From: a candidate division FCPU426 bacterium
Lineage (GTDB): Bacteria > Oederibacteriota > Muellerivitia > Muellerivitales > Muellerivitaceae
Assembly (NCBI GenBank): GCA_963771075.1
Contig: CAVYSE010000007.1
Location: forward strand, 192,001 to 256,000
Direction: 5' to 3'
DNA: 64,000 nt
Shown here: one piece after another, positions 62,433 to 64,000 of the stretch
Layout: the number at the start of each line of letters is the position of its first letter
Numbering within the stretch: position 1 is the stretch's first letter
The notes under the pieces: generated by a model
Seen by the model: the letters and a program-made list of their open reading frames with translations, nothing else
The model's database searches: none
Told to the model about the DNA's origin: nothing
Position numbers and translations under genes: made by a program

Positions 62433-64000
62433 GTGAATTCGTTACTGAAGTTCCTGAAAACGTTATCATGTTTTCATGAGCGTCGATTGTTGGTTAATTT
62501 TAACGACAATCGAAGCGCAAAAATATTTATTACTTCACTTATTATCGGAATTCTACCGGTAACGTATTCTTACGCCCAAGTTCTTGGTTCGGCCGTCATT
62601 TGTTCCAGTTCACCCACCACCTATACATCCATCGCGACTACCTACGGGCCCCTATCCCCGGGTACGGGCAATTGCGGTTTTCCGAGTGGGACCTACGATC
62701 CGAATTATTACGCCGCCATCATCAGCGCTGATTACCAGAACGGTATGGCCTGCGGGGCTTGCATCGACGCGTTGGATATAACGACGGGCGGTTCCGTCAC
62801 GGTCATGGTGGTGGACAACTGTCCGAGTTGTTCCACCGCAAACCAACTGGATTTGGGCCCCACTGCCTGGAACACATTGACGGGAAATGCTCCAGCGGGT
62901 ATCGCAAATATCGACTGGCATTTCATCCAGTGTCCTTTGAGCATGATGACCGGGGACCCCTCCGGTGACATCATGTATGAATGGAAGTCAGGTTGCAGCG
63001 CAAGTTACGATCCCATCCAGTTTTTGGACATGAATATTCCCATCACGTCTGTCAGTGTCTCCTCTACCTCCAATGGCACCTACACGGCTCTTACATTGGG
63101 TGCGAACGGCGTGGGTGGGGATGAGTATTGGGGACTCACCAGCGGTGGCCTGAACGGAAACTCCGGAGGGCCATTTTATTTCGACGTAACGAACGCCTGT
63201 GGGCAATCCACAACCATTGGACCTTTGAGCGTGGGTTCCTGCGGAACGACCTATACGACCACCAACCAATTTAATGGGACCGGGCCCACCAACACTCCCG
63301 GACCCCATACCGCGACCCCCACCATCACCCAAACACCTGCCCCCATGCAGCCCGTGACGGTCAGCGGGATTACCTTCACCAATTGCGGCGCGAGCCAACC
63401 GAGCGCCTATTCCCAACAGCAAAGTTTAGTGGCCCAGGGTACCGGGTTAGATTACACCATGGTCTCTGCCCAGTGCGGCCAACCCTTGAACGTAACTCTT
63501 CCCGCAGGATCAACAGCCGTCACGGCCTTCCTATATGTGGAATACAACAACGGTGGTGCTGATGTTGCTCCTAATACGACTCAAATCACGATCAATGGAA
63601 ACGGGACAGGCACTGGAACAAATACGGGTGCGGTTTCCTATGTCGGATGGACCCAGACCTGGTACAGCATTCGTTATGGAATTAGTCCCGGTTCCCTTAA
63701 CACGGGCGCCAATACCGTTAACACCTCCGCCGTCGGCGATTCATGCCAGGGATTGGGGCTGATGGTGCTTTACAAAAATCCGGCGGAAACCTCCAATAAT
63801 GTCGTGGCCATCTCGGATGGGGAGAGCGCATGGCATTTTGAAGAAAACGGCCAAATAGCATATGGTTATCCCCCCTATGACACCAACTTGAATTGGACCT
63901 GCCTGGGCATGAGTTGCGGTTCCTACTCGACGCGTTTTTCCGCTCTTGGCGGCGCCCAGGAGTGTACCGGCAGTACCAATGGATTCATGGACCAGATCGA
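62433..64000 (+). CDS. Secreted bacterial expansin (EXLX-like) fused via a Thr/Pro linker to a further beta-sandwich domain; partial, runs off the window, not in the ORF track
   Basis: Frame 3 read as open from GTG 62433 (GGGAG RBS) for as far as I translated it. Signal peptide, GNCGF..YYAAI..DYQNGMACGACI..VTVMVVDNCPSC..LDLG..IDWHFIQCP, then a CBM63-like domain. Confidence 0.85.
   Translation, partial: MNSLLKFLKTLSCFHERRLLVNFNDNRSAKIFITSLIIGILPVTYSYAQVLGSAVICSSSPTTYTSIATTYGPLSPGTGNCGFPSGTYDPNYYAAIISADYQNGMACGACIDALDITTGGSVTVMVVDNCPSCSTANQLDLGPTAWNTLTGNAPAGIANIDWHFIQCPLSMMTGDPSGDIMYEWKSGCSASYDPIQFLDMNIPITSVSVSSTSNGTYTALTLGANGVGGDEYWGLTSGGLNGNSGGPFYFDVTNACGQSTTIGPLSVGSCGTTYTTTNQFNGTGPTNTPGPHTATPTITQTPAPMQPVTVSGITFTNCGASQPSAYSQQQSLVAQGTGLDYTMVSAQCGQPLNVTLPAGSTAVTAFLYVEYNNGGADVAPNTTQITINGNGTGTGTNTGAVSYVGWTQTWYSIRYGISPGSLNTGANTVNTSAVGDSCQGLGLMVLYKNPAETSNNVVAISDGESAWHFEENGQIAYGYPPYDTNLNWTCLGMSCGSYSTRFSALGGAQECTGSTNGFMDQI

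Overview
Bacterial chromosomal window, about 50% GC by eye, from a diderm organism. Several PorV/PorQ-like barrels, Thr-Pro-rich secreted proteins and an Obg with a C-terminal domain recall uncultured FCPU426-like lineages (inference only). Core blocks: rplU-rpmA-obgE-proB, then J-domain/TPR, lid-less Hsp70, nadD, ComFB-family gene and rsfS (1.5-8.3 kb); purA, tRNA-Lys, rmuC (34-37 kb); smpB, rnr, tRNA-Leu, M16 peptidase, yggT, sugar ABC transporter, yqeK (43-56 kb). The stretch 8.3-22.7 kb is an accessory mosaic: a glycoside-hydrolase-like gene, a membrane-tailed ParB-like gene, a Fic gene with a tandem palindromic operator, an Mrr-like nuclease/STAND-type NTPase split by a precisely excisable 560-bp IS200-type element, an excisionase-like HTH, an IS256 joining two unrelated gene fragments, a diguanylate cyclase and a pirin. 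Its modules are bounded by a family of short GG(G/T)G(C/T)C(A/T)GGCC-type motifs, including a 26/29-nt inverted pair and a 22/26-nt direct pair. This looks like a cassette-like array with no integrase in view and is the best candidate for an undescribed system. 23.2-31.9 kb encodes one roughly 2,900-aa lectin-tipped surface protein with about 2,000 aa of alternating Thr-X repeats, broken by several frameshifts that are probably sequence errors. The right end has an orphan FlgE-like hook gene, a degenerate HNH and an expansin fusion missed by the ORF track. All calls come from reading motifs by eye; no database searches were run.
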